A DNA stretch of 63,663 nucleotides, filler included, from Salisapilia sapeloensis CBS 127946 (lineage: Eukaryota > Protista > Oomycota): assembly GCA_023334545.1 (NCBI GenBank). It is 5 parts of 5 records of this genome, joined end to end, with 100 filler letters (N's around TTAATTAATTAA, not from the genome) between each part and the next. Parts side by side here need not be neighbours in the genome. Positions count along the whole stretch, not along the records: positions 16,333 to 25,619 come from JAADVB010000470.1; positions 25,720 to 45,520 come from JAADVB010000306.1; 3 more parts are not named here. The stretch is one strand, 5' to 3'. The translations under genes and the position numbers were made by a program. Every line of letters begins with the position of its first letter. The stretch's first letter is position 1. Below the pieces are notes generated by a model. The model was not told the origin of the DNA. It ran no database searches and was given only the letters and a program-made list of their open reading frames with translations. Below are positions 24,001 to 34,736 of this stretch, piece by piece.

Positions 24001-25151
24001 GCCGTGGACCAACCCTTTGCCGTGCGTGAATTATGGACTAATTCGGCTAGACGTTCCGTATGTTGATGGGCTTTGTAAAGCTTCAACGTGGACGGTAGAA
24101 CGGCAATGAGTTCGCCTTCGACCTGGCGTTGCAGAGTGGCGCGATATTGACTGATGAACTGGAAGTCGCCAATACGCTTGAAGAAGTGGGGTAGGGAGGT
24201 CGCCTGGATATCTCCAGTCATGACCCCTTTCCATTATCATGCTCTCCAAGTCAGTGGGTTGGCGAAGTTCCGTTGGATACGTGAATTTGCGGCGACAGTA
24301 GTCTAGGATGCGGTCTTTATCCTCTTGGGAATAAGAGGCATGGGGCGGAATTCGGAATTGCGACTGCGAGGCCGGGTCGGTGCTTGTTTTCGGTGTCAGT
24401 GGCGTGAGCCTCGACCAGACAGTTTGAGAAGCTGGTTTGGGTGTCGTATCCTTGAGGGCGGTGGTTGGAATCTTTTCAATGGTCCATTCGGAACGTTGAA
24501 GTTTGCGAATCAGACCGATCCCGTATGTCCATCAACCTTCTGGGGAATAGCCTCGCTGATTGACGATGACATCAACAAGAGCTTGGAAGGTGAGGAGGAC
24601 CGTTGAGTCCAAAGAGGGTTGCTGCTTACGCTTGAAGTGCTGCAGGGGCGGCGAGCGTTGCCAAAGACGATCGTACAGCTCCTGCGTTTCGGACAGAAGG
24701 CTGTCCGTTGGCGTTGGCAGGCTTTGAACTTCCAGGATGTAGGCATGAAGAAAAGCGTCGTCGGAGGAGCCCGACGCGATGGGAGTGGTTGAGGGTGATG
24801 AGGCGGGTACAGGCGTGGCGGGGGCGGAGTGTTGATTTTCCGTTGGCAGCTGGGTCGCGTGAGAGGTTGAGGCGGGCGATCCAGATAGTGGTATGGAATC
24901 AGAGGATGTAGAAACCGGGCCGTCTCTAGGAGGAGGTGATTGGTCCAGTTCGGGATGGGCAGGTTGCGTGTCAACGTCTTGGAGCTCGTCTGCCTCGAAT
25001 TTCGTTGATGATATTGCAACTTGAACTTGGGAGAGAGCGCGTGTCTCTCCGGTGGGGGCGGGCGGAGACTAGCCCTCCGACACAGGGGTTCGCTCTGCGG
25101 TGTAGGTGCTCGTGAGGAATCGCCTGGGGGCGGCGTTCCGGGTGAGGGCAT
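21017..25151 (-). pseudogene. LINE ORF1, ~4.1 kb, disrupted
   Basis: ATG 25151 starts a Pro-rich region. CLVCGDPE*VVKQC is a CX2CX4HX4C knuckle with a stop at the His position (~23450-23495). OTU-like domain at ~22200-22800. Further coding-like fragments run to TAG 21017. Confidence 0.75.
22201..22800 (-). pseudogene. OTU-like cysteine protease/deubiquitinase domain inside ORF1
   Basis: VDTPRNGNCQYTA (Cys codon 22769-22767), then a frameshift into FWGNNDFLLMAAKLLNRPIFLL and LVLVFDTGNF (Asn at the expected His position, 22221-22219). Confidence 0.7.
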
Positions 25152-25235
25152 GGCTCAGGGGACTGGACGGTAAGTTGACCGGGCTGGGGCAAGTACCGTT
25201 GTAGTTCGAAGGTAGTACAAAACCTCATACGCTTC

Positions 25236-25249
25236 CATTGAAATGACGA
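25236..25249. repeat. Right copy of 14-bp target-site duplication
   Basis: CATTGAAATGACGA, identical to 16606-16619. Confidence 0.9.
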
Positions 25250-25619
25250 AGAGCTCAATGTTGCAAGTAAATCGAATACAGCTTCAACCTGAAGGGCTTC
25301 TGATGATACGCTCGACACGATTCTCCGCCAAGACATGACACAGTAGCATACGATACATGTAGATAGGAATAGAAAGGCTCATAGCAACGTAAGACTTGGA
25401 AGAACCGCCACAGACTTGGCCAGTGATCCAAATTACATTGTTGGCGTGCTTGTTTTCATAACACTGGATAATCCGCTAAACAAACACGGTCTTAGTCTGT
25501 TCATTTGTAGGTGCCATCCAACTGACACCCATCGTGTATTTCTACTCGGTTCGCAGCTATGGCCTGCTTGAAACTAAAGATTGCTATTAAACTTCCATCC
25601 CCAAACGAACGCCTATTTA

Positions 25620-25719
25620 NNNNNNNNNNNNNNNNNNNNNNNNNNNNNNNNNNNNNNNNNNNNTTAATTAATTAANNNNNNNNNNNNNNNNNNNNNNNNN
25701 NNNNNNNNNNNNNNNNNNN
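25620..25719. other. Assembly gap with six-frame-stop linker
   Basis: 44 N + TTAATTAATTAA + 44 N. Confidence 0.98.
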
Positions 25720-26313
25720 ATTGGAGCGTTGGGCAAGACCGGTCGAGGTATCTGCGAGTACAGTGGTGTGGACCCGAGTGAAGTCGACATCCTCATGGGC
25801 ACCTTTACCAAAAGCTTTGGTGGCATCGGAGGATACATTGCTGCCTCTCACGAGATCATTTCTGCTATCCGCAATTCAAGCGCAGGTGCCCACTACGCCA
25901 CTGCCTTATCTCCTGTGATCGCCAAGCAAGTGCTGACGGCGCTGCGTATTATCTGGGGTAAAGAAGGAGGTGATTTGGGCGCAAGAAAGTTGTCGCAACT
26001 ACGAGAAAACAGCAATTACTTCCGCCAGAGACTCCAAGAAATGGGTGTCACGACGCTCGGCGACTTTGATTCGCCTGTGATCCCGGTCATGATGTACTAC
26101 ATTTCGAAAGTTGGTGAGTTTAGTCGAGAAGCCTTGAAGCGAGACTTGGCAGTGGTAACTGTTGGTTTCCCCGCGACGCCGTTGCTCTTGTCTCGCGTCC
26201 GTTTCTGTATTTCAGCAGCACACTCGCGAGAGGATTTAGACCGTGCGTTGGACAAACTCGAGGAAGTGAGTCGCGTGTGCCATATCCGTTACCAGAAACA
26301 CGCCTTCGGATAG
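25720..26313 (+). CDS. LCB2: Serine palmitoyltransferase subunit 2 (LCB2), 5'-truncated by the gap
   Basis: PLP-binding GTFTKSFG, GFPATPLLLSRVRFCISAAH. Confidence 0.9.
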   Translation: MGALGKTGRGICEYSGVDPSEVDILMGTFTKSFGGIGGYIAASHEIISAIRNSSAGAHYATALSPVIAKQVLTALRIIWGKEGGDLGARKLSQLRENSNYFRQRLQEMGVTTLGDFDSPVIPVMMYYISKVGEFSREALKRDLAVVTVGFPATPLLLSRVRFCISAAHSREDLDRALDKLEEVSRVCHIRYQKHAFG

Positions 26314-26953
26314 GTCCTTTGTACGAAAGTACGCGTGGTCTGTACTTGTAAGAAAGAGAATACAGGAAGCGAATACCAAAACTTTTGAATTTGATGCTAC
26401 ATAGACTCTACATTGTAGTTCAGTTGTAGCTGTACTCAGACAAATCATTGGATCTGGCCCATGCCAAATACCTTTTCTAGACTTATCTCCACGATATTTA
26501 AGCAGGTTTCGAAGAGCCTCATCTGTATATCCATTGGGATGGGAAAGAGTTAGGGAGGTTGGTGGTGGATATGCTTAGTCTCGTTGGTGTAGTTGAAGTT
26601 TGTTCATTGTGACTGTATCTAAGCACGATGCCTACGATTAATTTAGTAAATACTTGTTCGATTTAATTATAATATCCGGGTTGAAGGTGCAGTTCTCGGT
26701 ATGACAAGGGGGAAAAGTAGAATGCGAAAATATTTGTTCATTGAAGTATAGGAGCTAGCGATCCAGCATCCGTGCTTGTTGTGAACACTATTCAGTGAAA
26801 CGCAGATCGGTTGGGATTAAAATCCGTCGATTAAATAATAGAAGATGTCCAACGTTAGACAAACACTGCTGCCTCGAACCGAGCATCGACCTTGCTCATT
26901 CCTAAAAACACCAAGCAGTACTCAAGTACAAGTTCGAACCAACCAAACTTGCA

Positions 26954-27806
26954 ATGAAGCTTCGTCTCGTCATTGGATGCATCGCTGGTGCTTCTGTCGC
27001 CATGGCTAGTCCACTGCAAACAACATCTTGTGTATCTTCCGAGGTGCCTGATAGGTGCGTTAAGAATGACGGTGCGGACTGGTCATGCGCGAGCGAATGC
27101 CGATCTTACTATGATGATGAAGATGATCATTTCTCGGACCAGTGCGAAGTCAAACCAAAATCGAATGTCTCGTACAGGCAAGTCGCGGACGAAATGTCGG
27201 ACTATTGCGAAGGCAAAGACTCATCGACTACGGTGAATATGAAGGATGATTGGGGTGCGTTCGCTTCATTTTCTACATTAATTTCTATGTGGAAACAAAC
27301 GACATATCTATTTTACTGTAGATGCTTTAAAGTTGGACTCACGGGGCCATGACAGCGACGATGGTCCGGATGGCCCAGATAGCAATGATCGTCCAGACAG
27401 CCCGGACGGGCCTGACAGCGACGATCGCCAGAACAGACCGGATGGGCCTGGTGGACCTGACGGCAAGAAGGGACCCGGTGGGCCTGATGGGCCTGGTGGT
27501 AAAAAGGGACCCGGTGGGCCTGATGGGCCTGGTGATAAAAAGGGACCCGGTGGACCTGATAGCAATGATCGCCCAGATAGCCCAGACGGACCCGACAGCA
27601 ATGATCGCCCTGACAGTCCCGATGGGCGTGATTCCAGCGACACAAATGATAGCGACGATATTCGTGGCGATAAAACCTCGTTAAGAAACGTCAACAACGC
27701 AAACACTGAAGCTACAGACAGCAATGGTGGTGGCAAGGCCCAAGTTACCACAGTTGCCCAGCTCGTCACAGTCGTCGCTTTATCTGCTATCACTCTCAAC
27801 TCTTAA
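26954..27806 (+). CDS. Secreted 6-Cys protein with PDGPG/PDSND repeats and a probable GPI-anchor signal; 2 exons
   Basis: Signal [18 protein letters not shown]; Cys at 26, 35, 45, 49, 64, 85. A phase-1 intron (GTGCGT...CTGTAG, ending 27321) joins the repeat exon. Hydrophobic C-terminus [16 protein letters not shown]. Confidence 0.8.
27350..27665 (+). repeat. Coding low-complexity tandem repeats (GPDGPGGKK / [12 protein letters not shown])
   Basis: Repeated gggcctgatgggcctggt and agcaatgatcgccc units. Confidence 0.85.
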
Positions 27807-27980
27807 GTTGACGTGCACATATACGTCGACCACGCAGTTGGATGCGTCTACCATCTCGCTGTAGGAAGCAACGTCTACATAACATGCATCCAATCTTTGC
27901 TTATCACGAATTGTTCTTTCTTTTTATCACTATGTATCATAAGAATGATGTCAAATCGATAATTGTGGGAATAAGAGCTC

Positions 27981-29751
27981 TCAGTGCTGCGTGACCGGGC
28001 GAGGCCGCCCTCCAAATATCGGCTTCAAATGCTTTTCGTCAAAGTCGGCCCATATATCATGGAACCAGCCTTTATCTTCCTTAGCTCCGAGCAATGGTGT
28101 GTGCTCTAATAGTTGCTCGATATGCTCTTCCTGCTGCACCGATGGATCGCGACTCAGATGCAAGACTCGAAGGAGCGGTCCAGTTCCCATTCCAAATACC
28201 TGAAGAAGTAAGTATGAGCATATATCAAAGAATAAGAGTGAGTACTGACAGCTTACCACTGTAGTCAAAATGACAGTAAATAGCGTAGATGCTCGGAGCA
28301 CAGCCGCATGATCCTCATTTTCTTTTACAGTACGAATGTTCAATGCCAGTGCAAAGGCGATGGAACCCCGAAGACCAGAAAACCACATCACCAGCATGTA
28401 AGTACATGGGATCGGATGCTTTCGTCTAATATTGGCAATGAAGCAAAGTGGGAAGATGTTTGCTGCACGAGCAACCATACAAGCAGCAAAGCTTGTTAAA
28501 ATGAATGTCCAATCCCATTTGAACACACCGGAGTCTGTTCATGCCGGCATTAGTATGAATGAAATCTTTAGGACAATAGATATAGCTTACACGCGACGAG
28601 GCTCGCACCGAGGTAGAGGTAGATAAAGTTCTCTGATAAGAATGCTAACGTTTCAAGCAAGTGCGCGAATCCAGCTTTACTCGCTCGAGAGATGTTGTAC
28701 GAATGGTAGTGGCGGATGAGAACACCGCTCAAGAAAATTGCCAGCAGGCCACTTAGATGCAATCCGATCCCAGCTACATAAGTCGCATAGGCTGAAAGTA
28801 AGAGCACTGAGACCTCGTATACTGGATAGTTCTTTAGTGCTTGACCGAAACGCTAGTCATGACAAGTCGATCAGTGCACATGAAAGCCGAACCGAGAGTA
28901 TATACGTACGAGTAATAGAAAAGCAGATGAGTAACAGATAACGACTGCTAGCAGAATCGATCCGAGGGTAATTCCAAGTAGCTCAAATGCAACCATAGAA
29001 ATGTACTTCCAGTTCCACGTATCCGGAGTTTCTTTCAGAGCTGCTTTCTGGAAAACATCAAACAGAACGATCGCGATTGCATCATTCAATACGCTTTCTC
29101 CAAAAAGTAGATTAAACAACATCGATGAAACACGACTCTTCTTGAGTACGATTAGTGTAGCAACGGGATCGATGGCGGAAATAAGAGCTCCATACATCAT
29201 TGCTTCAGCCAAGCTCAGTTCGGTGATCCAGTGCTTGACAACGCCATAGTACCACAGAATGGCACCTGTCACCATCGTAGCAATCAAGGTTCCAATCGTT
29301 GCTAGGCCAACGATGGTCCCGAAGTTGTCAAAAAACTTCTTACGCTGCGTATTATATCCGGCCTCTAAGATAATAGGAGGTAACAGCGCAAAGAAGAGGA
29401 TATTTGGTTCCAGCCCAGGTCCATTGCCAGGCTACAAAAGTACAAGGTTAGCATGCATATTAGCACCAACAAAGGTGTTGGTGTCTCTATGTGTATTGTC
29501 TTACCGAGTCTGACATCCATGATAGGAGTGCGCCAAACTTTATGACAAGATAGGTCAGATCTACTTATGCTAGAAACGTGATTAGATAGACTTACGATAA
29601 TGCCAAGGAAGATTGCCCAGGAAGAAGTTGATAGGTAAGGTGGCGTCTTCTGCGTGTTGATCCTGTAGGCAATGAACACTAGCACGAGTTGAAGTAATGC
29701 AGCGACGAATAGTGTTAGGCCAGTCCACTCTTGCCTAGCTTCTGGATCCAT
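27981..29751 (-). CDS. Na+/H+ exchanger (CPA1; NHE8/NHX-like); multi-exon
   Basis: YGALISAIDPVATL, LLFGESVLNDAIAIVLF, LSGLLAIFLSG, WFSGLRGSIAFALA, plus several short introns. Confidence 0.9.
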
Positions 29752-30509
29752 CTTTATCTTTCCCAATAGTGCGGTCAACGGATCAAATTCTCGAATGAAG
29801 GAAAAGGGAGATGGTTATTGATCCTTGACCTTGTCCCAAGTAGAATATCGGAGTTCCATAAAAGTATCATGTCCTTACCAAGCAGCTTGTTACTGTTATT
29901 CGCCGGTATAGGCGAGTATGTGGCGGTCAACTACAACAAATCCGCTTCATGAGCTCGAAGAAGAATATGCAGGGCGTCTTCTTGCTTTGCTACTTCGTGA
30001 ACAACAGGTATTGGCAAAAGAAATCTGCAGGAAGGAGTCAAATAAGACCGATGGAGACGTTGCGAACAAGTCAGGCACCGTTTAGAGCTGAGAACCGCAC
30101 GCTGGAGTAAGTCGAGTCACATGTAGCAATTCGCTAAGTCTATCCGCTAAAACTAAATTTGTATTCGACCTGATCCCATTATTTCACACACAAGGTCTAC
30201 GTGATATGCCCACGGGCACGAAGGTCCTACTGGTTGCTTACTTAGCTGGCATGGAGTAGTGAAAACAACTAAATGGCTTTCAAAGGTGCATCTATTCGAA
30301 TGATCTGCTTCAACAACTTGGCTTCGGATGAGATTGATTTCTGCTTGATGATACCTCATTGTATCATCGCGAATGACATTACCTACTTAAATCGGCGTGC
30401 CTCTTCTCGAATACCCTGTTATCAAATAGCAGAACACGACTTGCGTAGAGAAATCCGGTCTTTTTCTAGGGCTACTCATCATCCTTTCAGTCGAATGTTT
30501 TGGCATAGC

Positions 30510-30837
30510 CTTGCAGCCGTTGTAGTAGTAACCACAGTAGTGGTACTAGTCGCCGTAGAGGCACTACGGAGAGCACCCAACATTCTTGTAACCAAAGTGA
30601 TACTTATAGTCATAGTACTCGGAGTATCCACACCTATATCCGTAGCGCTTATAATGTTAGTCATAGTCTTTGGGTAACCATTCTCTTTATACAATCCTTG
30701 TAGCTGTAGCCACAACGCTTTACACATTAGCCACCGTTCTCTTAGCCTTCCTTCTCCTCTGTATCTTTAAGACGACCACAGGAGACTCAGGATGCTAGCA
30801 CTATCGTATAAACCGTACTGAGAAAAGCTATGCCTAT
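30510..30837 (-). pseudogene. Probable pseudogene of a secreted Tyr/Gly/Cys-rich protein
   Basis: Frame from 30665: YD*HYKRYGYRCGYSEYYDYKYHFGYKNVGCSP*CLYGD*YHYCGYYYNGCK (16 of 52 codons Tyr). Preceded across two frameshifts by a signal-like IGIAFLSTVYTIVLAS and CVKRCGYSYKDC. Confidence 0.5.
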
Positions 30838-31517
30838 TCATCATATGAAGCAAACCAAAGCCAACGTCAGCATCTTGGCTATAGATACTTTAACACCAAG
30901 GAGAATATGTTCTAAGCGCTCATGATGTAGCAAAAGTGGTCCAGCAATAGAAAACGGAGAAGCAAATGAATCAAGTTTGAAGCTGAAATGATTAGAGCGA
31001 AATCCACCACAGCACTATAGTTGACTTCGACTGAAAAAGCTTCATGCTTGATATATATCCCTGGCAAATACCAAGCACGCATTTTCATCACACGCATGTG
31101 TATATGCACCCTTTCAGCTTGTTGTTTCACGGGATCGATTAATGAATTTCAAGTCGGGTGGATAGTATGTCTGTTTTTCACCTTGGAAAATTAGAGTACA
31201 TGGTGAAATGATTGAGCTCGTGCAGTAGCTGTGCAAGTCTTTTGCATACAAATTCTTCTGCTAAATATATAAAAAGCGGAGAACCGGTTGCATCAGTTCG
31301 TTTCGTACAGTTTCGCATGGTAATCTGGGACTGTGTTGATGTAGCATGCATAATTCTAATGAGGAAGAACCGAGGAACACCGCCTTCGCGCTTCTCCCAC
31401 ATTCATGAAATCTCCACATACGTGCACACAGTCTACCGTGTAGGCCCATTTCGCAACGGTGATATTAGATCCTTTCACGACCCTCTACAGTGCGCTGTTG
31501 AATAACCTTGAAAGCCT

Positions 31518-32738
31518 ATGGTGGCATTGCGCAGAGGCTCTACTCAAGCATTTGCATCCTTGTGTTTGATTGCAGTCTTGCTTCAGGCATCATGCTTTCA
31601 ATCAGCCTATAGTAATACCCATCGCGAGCGTGCTTGGCAAAAGTCGAAGCCTTTAGATGGAGAAAAGCAAATGTTTGTCTGCTGTGAGCGTATGATAATT
31701 CAACCGGAGTGGTATCTGCTGCGAATTGACAGTTGGCCAGAGCAGGTCGAATACGTTTATGTGGATGGGCACTTGGCCTCGATAGCAGAAGAGAATTTGG
31801 ATAACGTTTCCATGTTTTGGCTACCTGGCAAAAGTGGTCGAGACGATCAATGGAAACTTCGGCTGCAATTTCCAACCGCCATCATTGACATGAACCTATC
31901 GAGTCGTGATAGTGTATGCCCACGTGATGAAGAGAACAAGCTAAACAAGGTCTCGTGGACGACAGATGAAGACAGGAATATCATTCGAACGACACCACCA
32001 AAATTAAAACCGCCAGTGAAAGGTAGCTCTTCAGGGCGTCAAGAGCTACATGAGGACTACACTAATGTCACTTTCAAGCCACCATTTGAGAAGCAAAAAT
32101 CTCCGTTAAATTCAACAACAACTAGGAGCAGTCGGGTAAAAGAGGATATTGAAGTAGGCGCTGACGATACCACCGATAACCTCTTAGTAATCGGTGTTCC
32201 CCACGATTCGGATGAAGATCTAGACACAGCTCCAACACCCGCACCTACACCTCGAACAACAGTCTTCAGTCTCATCACAACAATTGATGACCCATACAGT
32301 CAAAGTGAATCATCTGAAGACTCTACTAGTTCATCATCATACTACGACGCTCGAGATGCTAATAGTACAAACAGTCCATCCAACACAATACCAGTGACGT
32401 ATGATCCAACACCCTATCCATCAGAATCAAGCAATAGTAGCCTAGAAGACGCAATCGAGGTGTCGAATGAAAAAGCAGAAGTCTTTCGAGCGCCAATGGC
32501 GATTGGAGCGGTGTCTCTTGCGATTATCGGTGCTGTAGGTGTCATCATTGGAGCACGAGCAAAGCAGGGCCAAAGAAGAAATGTGCGAATGAGAGCCATG
32601 TCATCGATTGCTGCAGCTGCTGTAGCCGCCAGTGGACCGCAGCCAGTTATGAGGGCACCATTAGTAGAACGCTCTGCGCCATCTGAGGCGAGTAGTCTTT
32701 CCATCTCAGATGTCTTTCGCGATTCGGAGATTGCTTAG
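31518..32738 (+). CDS. Secreted/single-pass Ser/Thr/Pro-rich membrane protein of unknown function
   Basis: Signal-like N-terminus (FASLCLIAVLLQASC), S/T/P/D-rich stalk, TM MAIGAVSLAIIGAVGVIIGA. A small in-frame intron near 31670-31730 is possible. Confidence 0.75.
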   Translation: MVALRRGSTQAFASLCLIAVLLQASCFQSAYSNTHRERAWQKSKPLDGEKQMFVCCERMIIQPEWYLLRIDSWPEQVEYVYVDGHLASIAEENLDNVSMFWLPGKSGRDDQWKLRLQFPTAIIDMNLSSRDSVCPRDEENKLNKVSWTTDEDRNIIRTTPPKLKPPVKGSSSGRQELHEDYTNVTFKPPFEKQKSPLNSTTTRSSRVKEDIEVGADDTTDNLLVIGVPHDSDEDLDTAPTPAPTPRTTVFSLITTIDDPYSQSESSEDSTSSSSYYDARDANSTNSPSNTIPVTYDPTPYPSESSNSSLEDAIEVSNEKAEVFRAPMAIGAVSLAIIGAVGVIIGARAKQGQRRNVRMRAMSSIAAAAVAASGPQPVMRAPLVERSAPSEASSLSISDVFRDSEIA

Positions 32739-34107
32739 TCCACTATAATACTTAATATTATGCAAACTATGCATGTTCGTGCTAGTACAATAGCTTTGGT
32801 TGTGTCATAAGTGCTTGTGGTATTTGTTGAACTGCTACTCAAGTATTTATATCATCTTCATAGTAAGCTAATTAATAAGGTATGCAATGTAGAACTGTTT
32901 GGCTGACTTTCGATTGCGAAGAAATATATATAATTGTGCTCAAACTCAGGCAGACTTTAAACTTTCGCGTTCCTATCAGATACAATGTGCTCTTTGTCTT
33001 TCGCAACAATTTGGCTGCATTCACAGAAAGGTATTTGCGAAAATGAAGCAGTTGCAACCACTACTATTGACAGTTGATGGAGTACAGTGAATTACTTTTC
33101 CCGACGTATATCATTGGAAGAATACCACGGCAAATTGTCTTATCGAGAATAATTAAGGCCAGTACTGCTAAATCGGTTTGCTTTAATTTCAAACTTTCAA
33201 CACACATCGGCTACCATCTTTATATCAATATGCTTATTTTATCCAGACGTGTAAACGGAGCAAAGCTGAACATACAGATATATATGTCAACAGAAGATTG
33301 ACAAAGTTGCGTAGCGGTATGAGTCGACTTCGTTGCGATATTTACCATCAATGCGAACAGGCTTGTGCATTTGTAAATGCACATCGTGGAAACTAACAAA
33401 TATAATCGAAAGCAAAATGGATAAACGAAGGTCTTCGACAAATCAATGATGCAATATAAATGTGATTTTAAGCCGTAAACATGATAAGTGAAAGGAGCAA
33501 AGTAAGCTTCGAGCAACAAAGAACAGATACATGTTGGGGCAAATGGGAGAATACCAGCAACACAATTGCGGATGAGGCGCGTTTCACGTCCACTTAAATC
33601 GTTGGATGAAGGCCGACTCGCGACGTAGCTAGGTATAAAGTCTCTTACTGCTATACGGTTGATACTATGAATAAAAGAATACTTGTAAAGACCTTCAAAG
33701 AAATATCCGGGAATCCTACATTCGCAACTTGCATGTATTCTGTCTAGTCAATTTGTCGCAATAATTCGCACTTTCGCTTAAAAAAGGAATCTTTACTCAC
33801 AACGAGCATTTTTCGTGATGTTTCTATCGCCTGTAGGACTTAGACCGATGCCATATCACCCTCGACCTTGTACAAGATACTTTTATCTCAATCAAGACGT
33901 GGCGTTGAGCTATACCATAAACATTTTCATTCTAATGCAGTCCTATCGCTTGATTATGCAGATCCAAGTTCCAAAAGCATTGAAACTTTCCTATGGTATG
34001 CATGCCAAAGCCTTATGCATGTCGCTATCGAGTACAGCTAGACAAATCGATTTCCATATATGTACCATATATGTACCACTGACTGCATCATCCGTCGCAA
34101 TAGCGCT

Positions 34108-34721
34108 ATGGCATCCAAGGATGATGCCCAACTTCCGCTTGGAGCTGTGCGTACGGAGGATGGAGAGGTAGTCATACCTGCTTCCCGTCGTCCCGATGGC
34201 TCTTTAAGGAAACCCGTTCGTATCCGTAAGGGTTACGTACCACAGGACGAGATTGGGAAATACAAACCCATCGGCCAACGCGTATGTGCTTGCACTCCTT
34301 TGTTTGCATGAACTAGAGATTAATCGTACGATTTTAATAGCGTCGAGAGCAAGCAGCAAAGGAGAAGGAGCAAAAGTCTACACAGGATGAAGAATTAGTG
34401 ACCGCAGTGAGCAATCTGTCCATCCAAACTCCAAAGGAGGAGCGCCAGACTGCACAAGCTGAAGAGTCAAAGATGGCAGTCGAAAAATCCTCGGGCCAAT
34501 CTTCCACGCACCAACCTTCCGATACACAGGATTCTCCTTCTGCATGGAAGCAAGAGATCTCTCGTATTAATAAGAACCTCAAGCGTATTCAAAAGGTCGA
34601 GGCAAAGCAGAGTGAATCGACGTCCCTCAACCATCATGAATCACGTTTGCTGGGTAAGAAAGAGAGCTTGACAAAACGACGCGAAGAGCTTATTTCGAAA
34701 CTTGACGCGAAAAATGAATGA
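34108..34721 (+). CDS. PYM1: Partner of Y14 and Mago (PYM/WIBG); 2 exons
   Basis: IPASRRPDGSLRKPVRIRKGYVPQDE Mago-binding motif. C-terminal KNLKRIQKVE coiled coil. GTATGT...AATAG intron. Confidence 0.88.
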
Positions 34722-34736
34722 TTTCAGTATGTCTTT

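Larger units (their letters stand above)
16620..25235 (-). mobile_element. Full-length, decayed L1-like non-LTR retrotransposon (8,616 bp)
   Basis: Flanked by a 14-bp TSD, with an 84-nt 5' UTR. ORF1 (CCHC knuckle, OTU-like domain) and ORF2 (APE endonuclease, RT, C-terminal Cys/His motif). 3' stem-loop and CAACAACAAAAAA tail. Many stops and frameshifts. Confidence 0.92.
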
